Source: Chrysomallon squamiferum
Taxonomy: Eukaryota > Animalia > Mollusca
Assembly: GCA_012295275.1 (NCBI GenBank)
Contig: CM022667.1
Span: 7,068,001 to 7,132,000, forward strand
Direction of reading: 5' to 3'
Length of the DNA: 64,000 nucleotides
Numbering within the stretch: position 1 is the stretch's first letter; every line of letters starts with the position of its first letter. The position numbers were made by a program, and so were the translations under genes. The notes under the pieces were generated by a model. It was not told where the DNA came from. It saw only the letters and a program-made list of their open reading frames with translations, and searched no databases. Below, in pieces: positions 1-13,100 of this stretch.

Positions 1-52
1 TGTCTTTCAGGTGTAAATAAACTGTTTTTTTAAAACCTTTTTCTTGTGACAG

Positions 53-219
53 GATTCACAATGGGAGCTGGTCTGATGCCAGTGCTGTACGTGACTGGTG
101 TAATTATGTGGACTCTGCTAGAATATTCAATTCACCGGTGGGTTTTCCACATGAAACCTGTGACCAACCACGCCTTCTTCATCATGACCCACTTCATACT
201 GCATGGACAGCACCACAAA
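53..219 (+). CDS. FA2H: FA2H internal exon
   Basis: ag|GATTC...AAA|gtaagt; encodes WTLLEYSIHRWVFH...HGQHHK. Confidence 0.9.
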
Positions 220-1357
220 GTAAGTCAGTTATTTATCTCTTCAAGTTACCTACGTTTATTAACATAGAAAATGATTAATAACAGCCTGAATTCTGAGTGA
301 ATTACTGTGTGTTACACAAGAAAGTGACTGGTAAGAAAACACACTTGACAGACATGTTTAACAAACAGATAAAAGAGTGTTTTTCTTTACCCAGTGTCCC
401 ATGGACCAGATGAGACTGGTGTTTCCAACAATCCCTGCAGCTGGTTTCGCCATGGCCATATTTGGTATATACCGCATCTTCTGGCCTCACTATGTTGCCA
501 TGACAATAATGGCGGGGACCGTAACTGGCTACATGTTTTATGATCTCATTCACTATTACCTGCATCATGGTGGAACTATGAAGACAGAATATTTCAAAAG
601 TCTCAAAAAATATCACATAGACCACCATTACAAACATTTTCAAAGCGGTAAGTTTTCTCTACTACTTTCTATATAACAAGTTGTAACACACACCACTTTC
701 TATATAACAAGTTGTAACACACACTACTTTCTATATAACAAGTTGTAACACACACTACTTTTTATATAACAAGTTGTAACACACACTACTTTCTATATAA
801 CAAGTTGTAACACACACCACTTTCTATATAACAAGTTGTAACACACATTACTTTCTATATAACAAGTTGTAACACACACTACTTTCTATATAACAAGGTC
901 ACACTACTTTCTATATAACAAGTTGTAACACACTATTTTCTGTATAACAAGTTGTAACACACACTACTTTCTATGTAACAAGTTGTAACATATACTACTT
1001 TCTATGTAACAAGTTGTAACACATTACTTTCTATATAGCAAGTTGTAACACACACTTCTTTCTATATAACAAGTTTAATAATTTGTAATATATACTCTGC
1101 AACACAGGAAGGGTATTAAAATGTAAAGAAAAAATTCATGACTAGTGTCTTGTTACAGCACTATTATTTTAGATTTTTTTTATTTTACAATTTATTTATT
1201 ATGTTTTTCCTTCTCATATTCATAACTGTGTTGGATGTTTTTTGTTGAGTATGTAAGTAAATGTTAACTCATTCATTTACTTTCTGTTTTAGGATTTGGG
1301 ATTTCAAGTAAGCTGTGGGATTATCCATTTGGAACTCTGGTTAAAATCACAGACTGA
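53..1357 (+). CDS. FA2H: Fatty acid 2-hydroxylase, 3' part (exons 53-219, 395-647, 1293-1357); 5' exons lie outside the window
   Basis: Spliced translation contains the four fatty-acid-hydroxylase His boxes (EYSIHRWVFH, HGQHHK, YDLIHYYLHH, YHIDHHYK) and the C-terminal GFGISSKLWDYPFGT. GT-AG junctions are phase-consistent; stop TGA at 1355-1357. Confidence 0.93.
395..647 (+). CDS. FA2H: FA2H internal exon
   Basis: cag|TGTCCC...AGCG|gtaagt; encodes CPMDQMRLVFP...HYYLHH...HIDHHYKH. Confidence 0.92.
661..1075. repeat. Minisatellite, ~31-bp unit (ACTACTTTCTATATAACAAGTTGTAACACAC), ~13 copies
   Basis: Visible tandem array starting 13 nt after the FA2H donor at 647. Confidence 0.9.
1293..1357 (+). 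CDS. FA2H: FA2H terminal coding exon
   Basis: ttttag|GA TTT GGG...; encodes GFGISSKLWDYPFGTLVKITD*. Confidence 0.9.
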
Positions 1358-4300
1358 TTTTAATGTCCATTCATCCATACTTCCTTCTGTGATATTTACC
1401 AAGTTCAGATGTCAGCATCTTCTCCATGACGACAGAGAAATTTTAAAATTCAAATCATAAACTGGCAGCATATTTCTCTTTATTTCTGTAATATTTGTTA
1501 GAGTTTTGTATTCAGTTGTCTGCTAGAAATGCAGGTGTCACTTTTTAAATTATTTTTTTAATTATTTCACTCGTTATTGTCAGTGTGCACCTTAGTATGA
1601 CATCAAGAGTTATGGCCCATTATATTAAAAAATTTCCATTTTAAAAATCATTACAGTGCTATATTAATGAATAGTGTGTGTTTTTACACAAACCTTCTGA
1701 GAGTTGGGGTTTTTATAATTATTTTTTTTTGTCTGACATTTCTGTCAGCTCAGTTCAGTGCTAAAAGTTTGTGTGTTTGAGTCACTAGGTGCAGCAGACG
1801 CAACGTGTCAGCAACAGCAACAACAACCAGCAAAGAGCTCCTTGTAAGGGATTCATTTCAGATGCTGCTGTTGTTGTTTGTTTGTTGTTTTTTATTAAAA
1901 AAGATATTAATGTCTCATTTTCAATAATTGCTTATCTTAATTGATTTGGTAGTTTTTTTGTGTTTTTTTGTATTACTATTATTTCAGTCTGTCATAATAT
2001 TATAGGTGGGTTTTTTAAATTAAAATTTGTAAATAAAAAAGAAATATATATATGTGTGTGTGTGTGTAAAAGAAATGTTTATACTGAAAATTTTCTGAAT
2101 TTTTGAGAAAAGCTTTGTTGCAGTAAAGAAAAAAGAAAAATAATATTCTAAAAAAATCACCTAATGTCAAACCAAAACACTTTGTGTATTACACTAAGCT
2201 GCCATATTAAATTATTTGTGTGTTTTGCCAAATCCTGGCCAAATGTTTTACATATTTTTAAGAGTTTGGTGTACAAGTTATCAGAGTGATTTTTTAAACA
2301 GATTTTACAAGGGGTTAGTAACCACAGAATTAAATGTCATAACCTGTAAATCAGGTAATTTTTTTAATACTGTTTATTAAATTATTATCAATGTATAAAA
2401 CTAGATTTTATAAACCAATTTCTTTACACATTTTTATATAACTATTTGTTATCTGACATATCAGAAATGATTTATTTTGAGGTTGATGTACATTTTTTAA
2501 AAGAGTTAAAAGGTAAAGGATGTATGTATATGTATATAAAATGATTGTACACATTCACTGCTATTCAGGTCATGTACAGAAAAAAGAAAGGTGTACGGTT
2601 GTGTTGTTGTTAGTGGTGTCTGGTTTCATTCCTTTGACGTCATAATAAAACGTGTTTGTGTGTCAAATCTGTGATGGTTCCTAACGACCACTTCTGTGTT
2701 TTACTTATGCTGTCCACTCTTAAAGCCAGAACTGTTAGAATGTGACATTGTAACAGAAGGAACTAATGTAAATTAGTGTCAGTTTGTTTTTTCTTGTAGA
2801 ATAAGTCTTCGGCTCATTACATATCACAGTAATAAAGCATTTTTCACTGAGTAGATTTTATATCCCATAGTGCAAGCTTTTGTCTGTTTTAGTTTGTACT
2901 TGATTATTTTTAGCAAACACATGAAGAAACACTTGCAAATAAAACAGGGAACATTTAAAAATCTGTTAGTCATTTTCATATTTGTACAGTGTAATGTAGA
3001 CCATGATTTGTATTTGTGTTAATGAAATACCAAGAAATTATTTTGATAAAGAGCTTTATTCTCTATCATTTTTGTATTATATAGGAATTTAAAAACATTT
3101 ACATAAAACTGCTTTGAGATTGTATGTTATCTTTTTATCTTAACCTTAATGATCATGTATAAATTTAAAATTTAACAGAGATATTGTAACTTTTGTTTTA
3201 CATCCTAAATCAGCAGTTGTCATCCATTGTTAAATAAAACCACAACAGCTGCAGTTTTTCCTTCAACCTAATTTTTATTATTTTTTATTTTAACTACTGT
3301 TGATAATATTATTACTGTTGTTTTATTATTATTATTATCATTTCTACCATTTTAATTATTATTATTATTATTATTAATGCTAAATTCTAATCAAAATAAA
3401 TTTGATAAAGAAAAAGAAATGTTAGAACCACAAGGCATTCTTCTGTTATATTTACCTGTTATAAAATTAATTTGCTTATTGTTCTGCATAACATTTTATG
3501 CCTTCCTGCAAAACCTAGCTGTCTTACTGAGTTACTTCCTGACACTGCTTCACTGCTGTATTCATTGTTACTCACTCTTTATGTGTTTGTTACATGTATC
3601 TGTTAAAAGATTGTGGGGCCTACTTGTGTGATTAGATTGTGTTAATTTTATTTAATTATTTGTTTATATTTTATTTTATATATTGTATATTTCTATACAC
3701 ACTTTTGTAGGGGTTTTTGTTTCATATTTATTTTACATCTATTAGCTTTTCTAATGAAGTTTCTTGTACAAGTTCTGTTTGACTGAAGTATTTTACACAC
3801 TCAGTTTGGAAACTGTTACAGTAATGCTAGAAAATGTTTTATTATTATTTTTATTATTTAGTTACTTACCGATTGTAAAGAAAATATAAACTTTATATAT
3901 GTATTTTTAAAAATGCCAAAGTTGTCTTTCTACATAAATAAAATATCATGTTTTCTAAAAACTATGAATGAAATTTTGGTAATAATTTTCAGTTTAATAC
4001 TGACATGCTAATTTTAATTGTCTGCTCAAGTGTTTAGATCTGTTTACAAACTTAGCAACTATATATTTAAAATCACTCTTCTTGCCTAACTATTCAGACT
4101 TGTGATTTTTCTTTTCAATTTTATAATGATGCTATAAAACATGTATGTATGAAAATATGTATAGCAGATACATATTATTACTATTTGTTATTCTTTTAGA
4201 CTGCTAATTATTTTAAAAGTCCAAAAAAAAAAAAAAAAAAAATCTGCAGCTCTGAAGCGTAATACTTTTAGAGTGAAATAAATTTATACTTGCACGTTTA

Positions 4301-5103
4301 ATGAATCACTGATCAGTAGATGAAGCATACGTCTAAATAATATTTTATAATCAATATATATATATATATATATATATACATGCTGTCTTGTATCTGTATC
4401 TTAAATGTTATCATTTTTTATTTAAAAAAAAAATTTTATTCAGTTTGATGAATGATTCTATTAAACAAATTAGAGAAATGTTTTTATATACAGCATTTTT
4501 TTCACTGCTTTTTTACAATGGCAATTCCAAGAATGCTAATTTTCTGTTTTGTTTTTATCTAACACATATTTATTTTACACTGTACCTCATCATATAAGTC
4601 AGAATTAAACATTTCATTTTATACACGTGTATGTTTGATATTTTAGGGAAATTAACACAATGTGACACATATGTTCTTAATGCATACACTTTGCTAAGAA
4701 TAATATACAACACTAATTAATAATGGATGGTTGGTATTAATACACATTGCTAACACAATACCAATGATAATACTGTATTAATGTTGTTAGTGATCAGTGT
4801 GCATGTATTATATAAATTTATATGCAGATGATCTCTCTGAATTTTGTTATTAAATTCTAATATATTTAACTCATCTGAAACCTTTAGCCAATGAAAAACA
4901 ATCAAATATGTTGTTTTATAATAATCTAGTATATGCAAATATTATGGTAAACAAACAGAAAAATAAAATAAAATATATTGCTTTTACTTTTTATTATTTT
5001 TGCTCATAGAATAGGTAATCATTAGATTAACAGTTTAATGATAATAATAACAAATAATAACAATAATAATAATATTAATTATAGTAGTAGTAGTACTACT
5101 ACC

Positions 5104-5172
<69 letters not shown>

Positions 5173-5922
5173 TAAAACAAAACAAAAGAGCAAAGAGAAA
5201 AACATTCTTGAAATAGGTAACAACTGATCTAATTCTGACATAGTAAAGATTTGTGTTATGTAGTTTCATTATGTGAGATTTTATGCAATGTTTCCAATAT
5301 AGAATCAGGCTGTGCCTTGCTTAATGTTTGTATATATGCAGAGAATACACAATGTACAAAAGACTATTTATGTTTTTTCTCTTGTTTTCTTTTGTAAAGA
5401 TATATTAATTTATTTCTTTGATTATTGTGATTAAACTATACTAATTATTTGTAAGTCAGTTGTAAGAAATCAAAAAATTCACAATTTACACTATTAATGA
5501 CATAACTAAATTAAAAACAGGAAATAATTTCAAAATAGAGATCTTGCCAAAAATTTGTTTTTATGAAGTTTGTTTTCATTTCATGCATCTTTTGCTTTTC
5601 TTTACTTTTTTTTGTTTGTTTATAAACTAATTTTGATATTTGTTTAATTTTTATCATCTTCACAATTCTTTAACTAAAATAAAACTTCTCTAAACCTGTG
5701 TATGAATGACTGGAAGTCTAAATGTAGAAATTAAGCATGTTTTCACTTCATTAATAATGTCCCCTTTAAATCTCAGGGTTCCCAAAGACTGAAACTGATA
5801 CTTTACCAGAAATCCTTTTATAAAAACAAATGTGCAATAACTATGAAAATGCATCAGAACTTTGACATATTAAAGTGAATGGTAACTTATAAATTTAATT
5901 GTAAATGAAAATAATATATTTC

Positions 5923-5955
<33 letters not shown>

Positions 5956-6734
5956 CATATAATGCATTCTTTTGCATAAAATGTTGAATTAGTTGTGGTT
6001 AGGTTCTTTTTTCTAAAGAAATTGTTGATGGTTTTTCTGTCCAAATAAATATTTGAGTGCTGTGTAAATTTTTGTAATTTGTATCTGTAGGAAAAAACTG
6101 TTAATACATATCATATTACCCCAAATATTTTCTAGTTTTGTTACAAAAAAAAAAAAAAAAAGATATATCAACATACTTCTGTGATTTTATTTTCATGCTT
6201 CTTTCAAAGTGTTTATATTTATTTTTATATGTTTGTTCTTTCTGATTTTCAGTTTTCATAATCTGTTTCCATTTATATTTCTCCATATATTTTTGTTACT
6301 GACCTTAATAAATTATTAAAAGTCAAAATGATAGGGGTTTAGCTATGTTTGTTTTGTTTGTTGTTTTCTGGTTTTTGTTTTTTGTTGTTCTTTTGGCTTA
6401 TTTTATTTTAGTCTATGTATTTATTTATTTAAGTTCATGTAGATATGATTTTCAGAATTATAACTTTTTTTTTATTATTTTTGCTATGGTCAGTGATTTT
6501 TATTATTTCTTTTGTCCAGTTTCTGTTGTTAAATTGTTACTTTGGTGCAGAGTAAATGTTCACTTACAAAATAGAACTTTAAAAGATAAATAACATTTTC
6601 TCTGAGCAGTAACAATGATAAAATAAAAACTTATGGTGTTGTTAAAAAATTTTTACAAATACTATACAAATGTCAATATTCTTTTTTTTTTTTTTTTTTT
6701 TTTTTTTTTGTTTAGTTTCTTATTTAGTTGTGTT

Positions 6735-6767
<33 letters not shown>

Positions 6768-7116
6768 TTGTTTTTTGTTTTTTTTTTTAAATTCTGCTAC
6801 ATATTAAAGTTCAGTTATGTATTCTTTTAATAAATTGTTTGCTGCTTTCTTTTATTGTTTAGTAGTAGTAGTAGTAGTAATAGTACTACTTGTACTACAA
6901 CTATTTTGTTGGCTAGGATCACGTAGTGCGATGATTTATTTACTAAATACACAACTGATTTTAAATGTTACAAAATTTCTGTAAGTATTCAACTAACGTG
7001 GATGAATCAGATTAAATAAAATAATACAAACAAAGTTTTTGACGTTTTTCTGTGAACAAGTGGCCTGATGTCGTCTGCTAGTGCTAATTGTAATCTCTGT
7101 GCCAACGCTAATTCTA

Positions 7117-7641
7117 TGACGTCACGTACTCTGTTGCGTTAATGCATTTTAAAATATTGCTTACAAATTATTCTTGTAATTTTTATTTCTGTTTCAAATT
7201 TACTCCTTTACAGCAATAATGATAATAATAAATAAATAAATTAAAAAAAAAAATTAAAATTGTATGTATATTTTATATAATATTTCAAGGCCATTTATAG
7301 CTATAAAGAAAAGAAAACTTAGAAGAAGAATCTGAAATTTATTTGTATAATATTTATGGAAAGCTATATCGTAATAATGAAGCCACTAATTACATCAAAG
7401 GACGGTGTTAAACAGACCATTTTGAGATTTCTTTGTAATAAAATGCACATTTATGACATTATTTATTAACAAGTGCTTAAAGTTTTACGAAAATGAAACA
7501 CAATACATCAATTTTCTGGAATGCTATATGTTATGTTTGTTTCGATATCGATAGCTATACGATTTTACTGCATACTAGTACTACGTTTCAGCAACTCGAT
7601 TAATGTCAATCCAAAAATATGCTTAGTCACTGATGACGTCA
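7117..7641. promoter_or_regulatory. Putative ABHD4/5 promoter: CpG-containing region with two full CRE palindromes
   Basis: TGACGTCA at 7117-7124 and 7634-7641, the second 18 nt upstream of ATG 7660; CpG frequency is visibly higher than in the flanking gene bodies. Confidence 0.45.
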
Positions 7642-7659
7642 CAGGTAAACAATGAGAAA

Positions 7660-8435
7660 ATGGCTCAGAACGCAGAAGTTGACACTGAAAGGTTAGAAAA
7701 TCAGTTTGTTTCGTTTTGATTAGAACGAGTACGATTCTTTTGAAAAAATAATAATAATAATAAATATAAAATTACCAGCAGTTGAAACAGAATGTTGAGA
7801 ATTTTAATTTTTGCTCTTTGTGTTAATATTGGTGACAGGTGGTATACGACTTTGATCACAAGTTTACAAAGTTCATATACGGAAGCATAAATAATAATAA
7901 TAATAATAAAAAAAAATTCTGTATTATATATTTAAAGAACAGTATTTAAAACGTACTTACAGTTATGTCAACATGAATCAGATACTGTTAATGAATGCAT
8001 ATAATTATAAGCCATAGCATTGTAATTTGTATACATAACAATAACATTAATGAAACGCATTTAATAATGTTATTGAAGCGTGTCTGTGTCTACACTACTA
8101 GTTTGAACCATAAGCAAAATAAGCGCTTGCAATGAATGTGATTAATTTGATAGAAATGGTCATGTACTATAAAAACAGTTAATGAAATAGAATGGTATGT
8201 AAAAATTAAACAGTTTTATAAAGGGGCGGAGGTTATACGAAAGTAGCACTCGGATCATCTGGGACGAGATATATCCGGTTGAGTTTGATTTACATGCTCA
8301 GAGTATTGTGCGCATTGAAAGAGTGGCTATGTAACATAGAACTTATTATTATATGCGTTATACAGATAATATTGGGGAATATTTACATTATTTATTATTA
8401 TTATTATTATTTAGATTTTCTGATTTTATTTTTTA

Positions 8436-8466
<31 letters not shown>

Positions 8467-9860
8467 TTGTTTTTAATTATTTTATTACTATTCCCCCCAT
8501 CCCTTTGGGCATTTTCAAATACATTTAATGCCTAGAGTCACTTCGATTTAAAGCGTATTTGTGGCTGTACGAATAAATAGAGCACATTATTATTAACAGA
8601 ATTTTCTCAGAGCCTGTTTTGACTATTTTTGTTGAATAAGTATTTTAACAGTTTGACGAGTTTATATTCGTATCGTTTAAGTAGATGATAAAATAGTTAT
8701 GTTTTCATTAGCCAATAAATCGTGAAAAAATAAAATATAATAACTAAATTAATAATAATAATAATAATAATAATAATTTTTTAATTCCAGATATATTGAA
8801 ATTACAAGAAATAAAAATTATTATGTTATTCCTTTTTCAAAAAGCTGGAAATAACAAAACGTTTGGTCACTGAAACAGAAGATTAATTTTATTGACACTA
8901 CGAACGAGGAACCAACGTACGTCGTAGTTTTCTAATTTGGTACAAATGATGGATTTCTGTGCATGCTTTTGAAAAAGTGATTAACTTTTGATATTAATTA
9001 ATTAATTATAATTAATATATCCATAAAAAAAAAAAAAAAAAAAAAAATCCACAATCTAATATCGCGAAAACAAATGATACAATTTATTAATGCGCTTATT
9101 CAGATGTATTTTAATATTATGGTCACGGATCCAAGGTGTAGCGCAAACGGCTTGCAGCTTTTGTTTTACTTTTTGTTTAATTCTTTTTCGCAATTTTATT
9201 AACCTGTAATGAAGGATATTTTATTTTGAAAAGCTATATCCATAAAACGTGCTTCATAATTTCACATAGAATTCAACACAGAACTGCAAATCGAATGCGT
9301 TCGAAACTTCTTCTTTTTTTGTAATGTAATTATCTCCCTTTGAGCATTGCTTGGCAATTTTGGTTGAGTAGTTTAAACTTTTAATGGGATTATTATGCGT
9401 CGTGCTTTCACGAAAAAAGTTGACAACATACACAGTTGTTGTTGTTATTCCGTGACAAAAGCTGTCGTCGATTTTATTGGACTGCTGTAAGTGCATTCTT
9501 CAACTTGTTGATAATCGCAACCTGCACGATGCATTCCCCTGTGAATGTCATTTTAATGTTTTAAACTCGGTCGCACTCCCCCCTCAGCCACAGTAAGAAA
9601 AAAGCACGCTTTCCTAAAACCGTTTGTTTATTTTATTTTATTTTTTATTTCTAAACGACCATAAGGCCATATCTGTTAATTTAGTTTAGAGTTTATTTGG
9701 TTGAAAACAAACCTCTAATGTTCTGTACGATTCTATAGCAACTTTAATATTGTACAGTTTGTATATCATTTTCAGAAATCTGAAATTTATTATATGCAGT
9801 AACTCATACCAAAATAAAACTGAAAATATTTCAGTAAGAATCAAATATTTATTATTATTA

Positions 9861-9923
<63 letters not shown>

Positions 9924-10049
9924 GAGATATGACCAATGTAAATGTTTACAGAGTTGGGTTATTGGTACCACGTCGATGGCCCTCATGGAGACCAACGTCA
10001 ATGGCTCATCTCGTACAAGTGGAGCAGAAAATTCTTCAGTGTATGTTTG

Positions 10050-10117
<68 letters not shown>

Positions 10118-13100
10118 CTCGCACACTATACGTGTAAATGGTGTATACATAATTACTTTTTTCTTTCTACTTCCTATTTTGTATTACTCATTTGTATCAG
10201 TAATCTTTTATCAGAAATATATATTCTAAACATTAGTATATATGTGCATCACTTTATGAAAGAACATGTAAGTCTGAATTAGACAATCAATGAAAAATAA
10301 ATTTTTTAATTATTTTTAAAATTATTATTTGGTAATATAATGAAGCTTGAATTTTATAAATTGTACATGAAAACAATCTTGTGTTGTTTTCTGTTTCTTT
10401 GCCTTTCTTTTTTTCCATTTTCTCTAGTAGTACTGATTGTATTTTTAATATTATTTATAAATTATAAAATTTACATAATTGACTTAAACAGGTTATCTTT
10501 GTGGAAAATTAAGATTGTCTTTGAAGCTTTGCAGTAAAGTTTGTTTACTTCAGGTGTTAAGAGTTCCATCTACAGCAGATTTGTGTCGGTGAAGCAGTTT
10601 CAGTCTCGCCTGTGGACAGTTGTTTTGAACAAAGAGTATGAGTCCACCCCGCTTGTACTGGTGCATGGGATGGGTGGGGGACTGGCTCTCTGGGTACAGA
10701 ACATGGATGAGCTCGCACAGAAACGTCCAGTGTATATGTTTGACCTGCTGGGATTTGGGCGGAGTTCACGTCCAGCTTTCAGTCAGGATCCAAAAATTGC
10801 TGAAACAGAGTTTGTAGATTCCGTGGAAGACTGGAGAAAGGAGCTGAATCTGGACAAGTTCATTCTGCTTGGTCACAGCCTGGGAGCGTTCATTGCCAGC
10901 TCATACACAATCAAGTACCCTGACAGAGTGAAACACCTCATACTTGTAGACCCGTGGGGCTTTCCACAGAAACCACCAGACAATGAGTTGGAGAACAGAA
11001 TTCCACGCTGGATACGAGTCATTGCAACCATGTTACAACCATTCAATCCACTCGCTGGTTTGAGGGTGGCTGGACCTTGGGGTATGTTACACAGAATATT
11101 TTACATCCCTTGTAAGAGTAAACTGTTATTCATATGACCACAACTTAAACTTTCTTTCTCTGCTTTAGAAAATAAACTTTTTCTTGTGTAAATACAATCT
11201 GCTCTCTGTATTCAGTGAAGAGAATTAAAGACTTTTTTTGTGTAAGAATTGTTTAAAAGTGCAGCTGTTTGTGTGTTCTGTCAGTCATCAATAATTTAAC
11301 ATTCAGTGAAAGATTTTCTGGTTCATAGGAAATTCATATTTTAAATTGTTTAGTGTCCTACCTTTTCTTAAATTTATTGTCACATCATTGTCAGATTTAG
11401 GTCAAATACTTCAGCAGATAGTGTCTTGCAATCCTATAAAGGTGGAACAGTAAAGATTTACATCATAAACTGCTATTAGAAACTTGAAAATCAACTTCAT
11501 GGAAAAACAAATATTTCTATGAATATTAAATTCATCCATTTATTATACATCTGTGTGTGGTTTTTACTGATTTATTGTCTGCTGAAATCAAACATCAGTA
11601 GAAAGCATCACTGATTGAATATCATGACAGTTTTGTGTAATTACTTCATAAAAATAATTTATTGTGTGTGACTTTGGGGTATTGGTAAAGAGACTTGTAT
11701 ATTGTAAGACCAAATCTTGTTTGAGATTTGTTTATATTTTTGTTTTTAATTCTTGTTTTTTTTTTATATTCAAAAACAAAATTTCCATTAGCACATCCAA
11801 AATAATTAAGGTTAATGAAATCAGTTATATTTATTTAATCATACCATTTGTTACATGTGTGTGTAATTATTATTTAAAGTAGGTTCATTACTGGTATTAC
11901 TTTTTATATTTCAGTTCGTAGAACATGTTCTTCAATTAAACTCGGGTATTTTCCTTTAAAATGTAGGAAAAATATTCTTGAAATATTTAGCAATTAAGAT
12001 AAATATTGAATAACATGAAACAGATACATCTTTTGTTATATTGCTGACCATACTGTCAGTTTTTTTAAATGCTTGCATACAACAGATACATATTTTCAGC
12101 TGTTTGTGTATCCTCAGATAGGCTTTATATCATTGTCTGTTATTAACTATTTTATTCCTTTTAATTTTTCAATATCTTGTACTTTTATAAATTAATCTGA
12201 TTAATTTATAAAAATAATATGTTTTCTTGAGCTTTTTTTTTTTTAAAGAGTATAATTTACCCATTTAAGGCTTCCTTTATTTACCTTCTTATGGCAGCTG
12301 ACATTTGAAAAACAGCATATTCTTGACTAGGAATCATATATCTATAAAAATATATATGATATGGTGGCGTTTATTTGGGACAAAAACTACCTTTATCATA
12401 CTATTCCTTTAGGAAACAATTTTTTCTTTAAGAGTATATTATTATTTGCAGAACTTAAACATTCTTTTTCTATAAGTATAGTTTCAATTAGGAAATTTTT
12501 TTTTTTTCTTGTTCAAGTAAAATGCTGTTTGTATGAACAGAAATATTCTTTTTCTATAATTCAAATAGAAAAAAAGCAGTTACTGTACAGATGTGTTTGT
12601 GAACAAGTTTTGCATTATACAGTTATGTATTGGAATGGATCTATCTGTTACTGTTTTAATATTGTTGCAACATCTCTCTCTTCTACTTCTGATAACTTGA
12701 AGTTGTACTGTTATTAAGTAATATTTTTATGACATACTGATGGTAATATTGTTATGACTTGTGTAGTAATAGCATGTTTTTTTCTAGTTTTTTGTTTGTT
12801 AATTGCAGGTCCTGGATTAGTGAAGTGGGTTCGACCAGATTTGCAGGCTAAGTTTTCTAACATGTTTAATGATGACACAATCTTTGAGTACATCTACCAC
12901 TGCAACGCTCAGACACCAAGGTTTGTGTTAGTGTGTTATGAGAGAGGTATACTTGTAGAACATCACTGTTTTCAATTTCAATGTTTCGTATGCACACAAA
13001 TTTCCTTTGAGGCCCAAATGAATTTTATATTCTTTCAATAATTGTTTTGTTTATTGTTGGTTAGCAAATCAGTTTGTTTCGTTTTGATTAGAATGAGTAT

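Noticed and set aside
302-643. Antisense ORFs over exons (also 10557, 21420, 52041, 52633)
   Set aside because: Shadow ORFs of real + strand exons, with no independent support.
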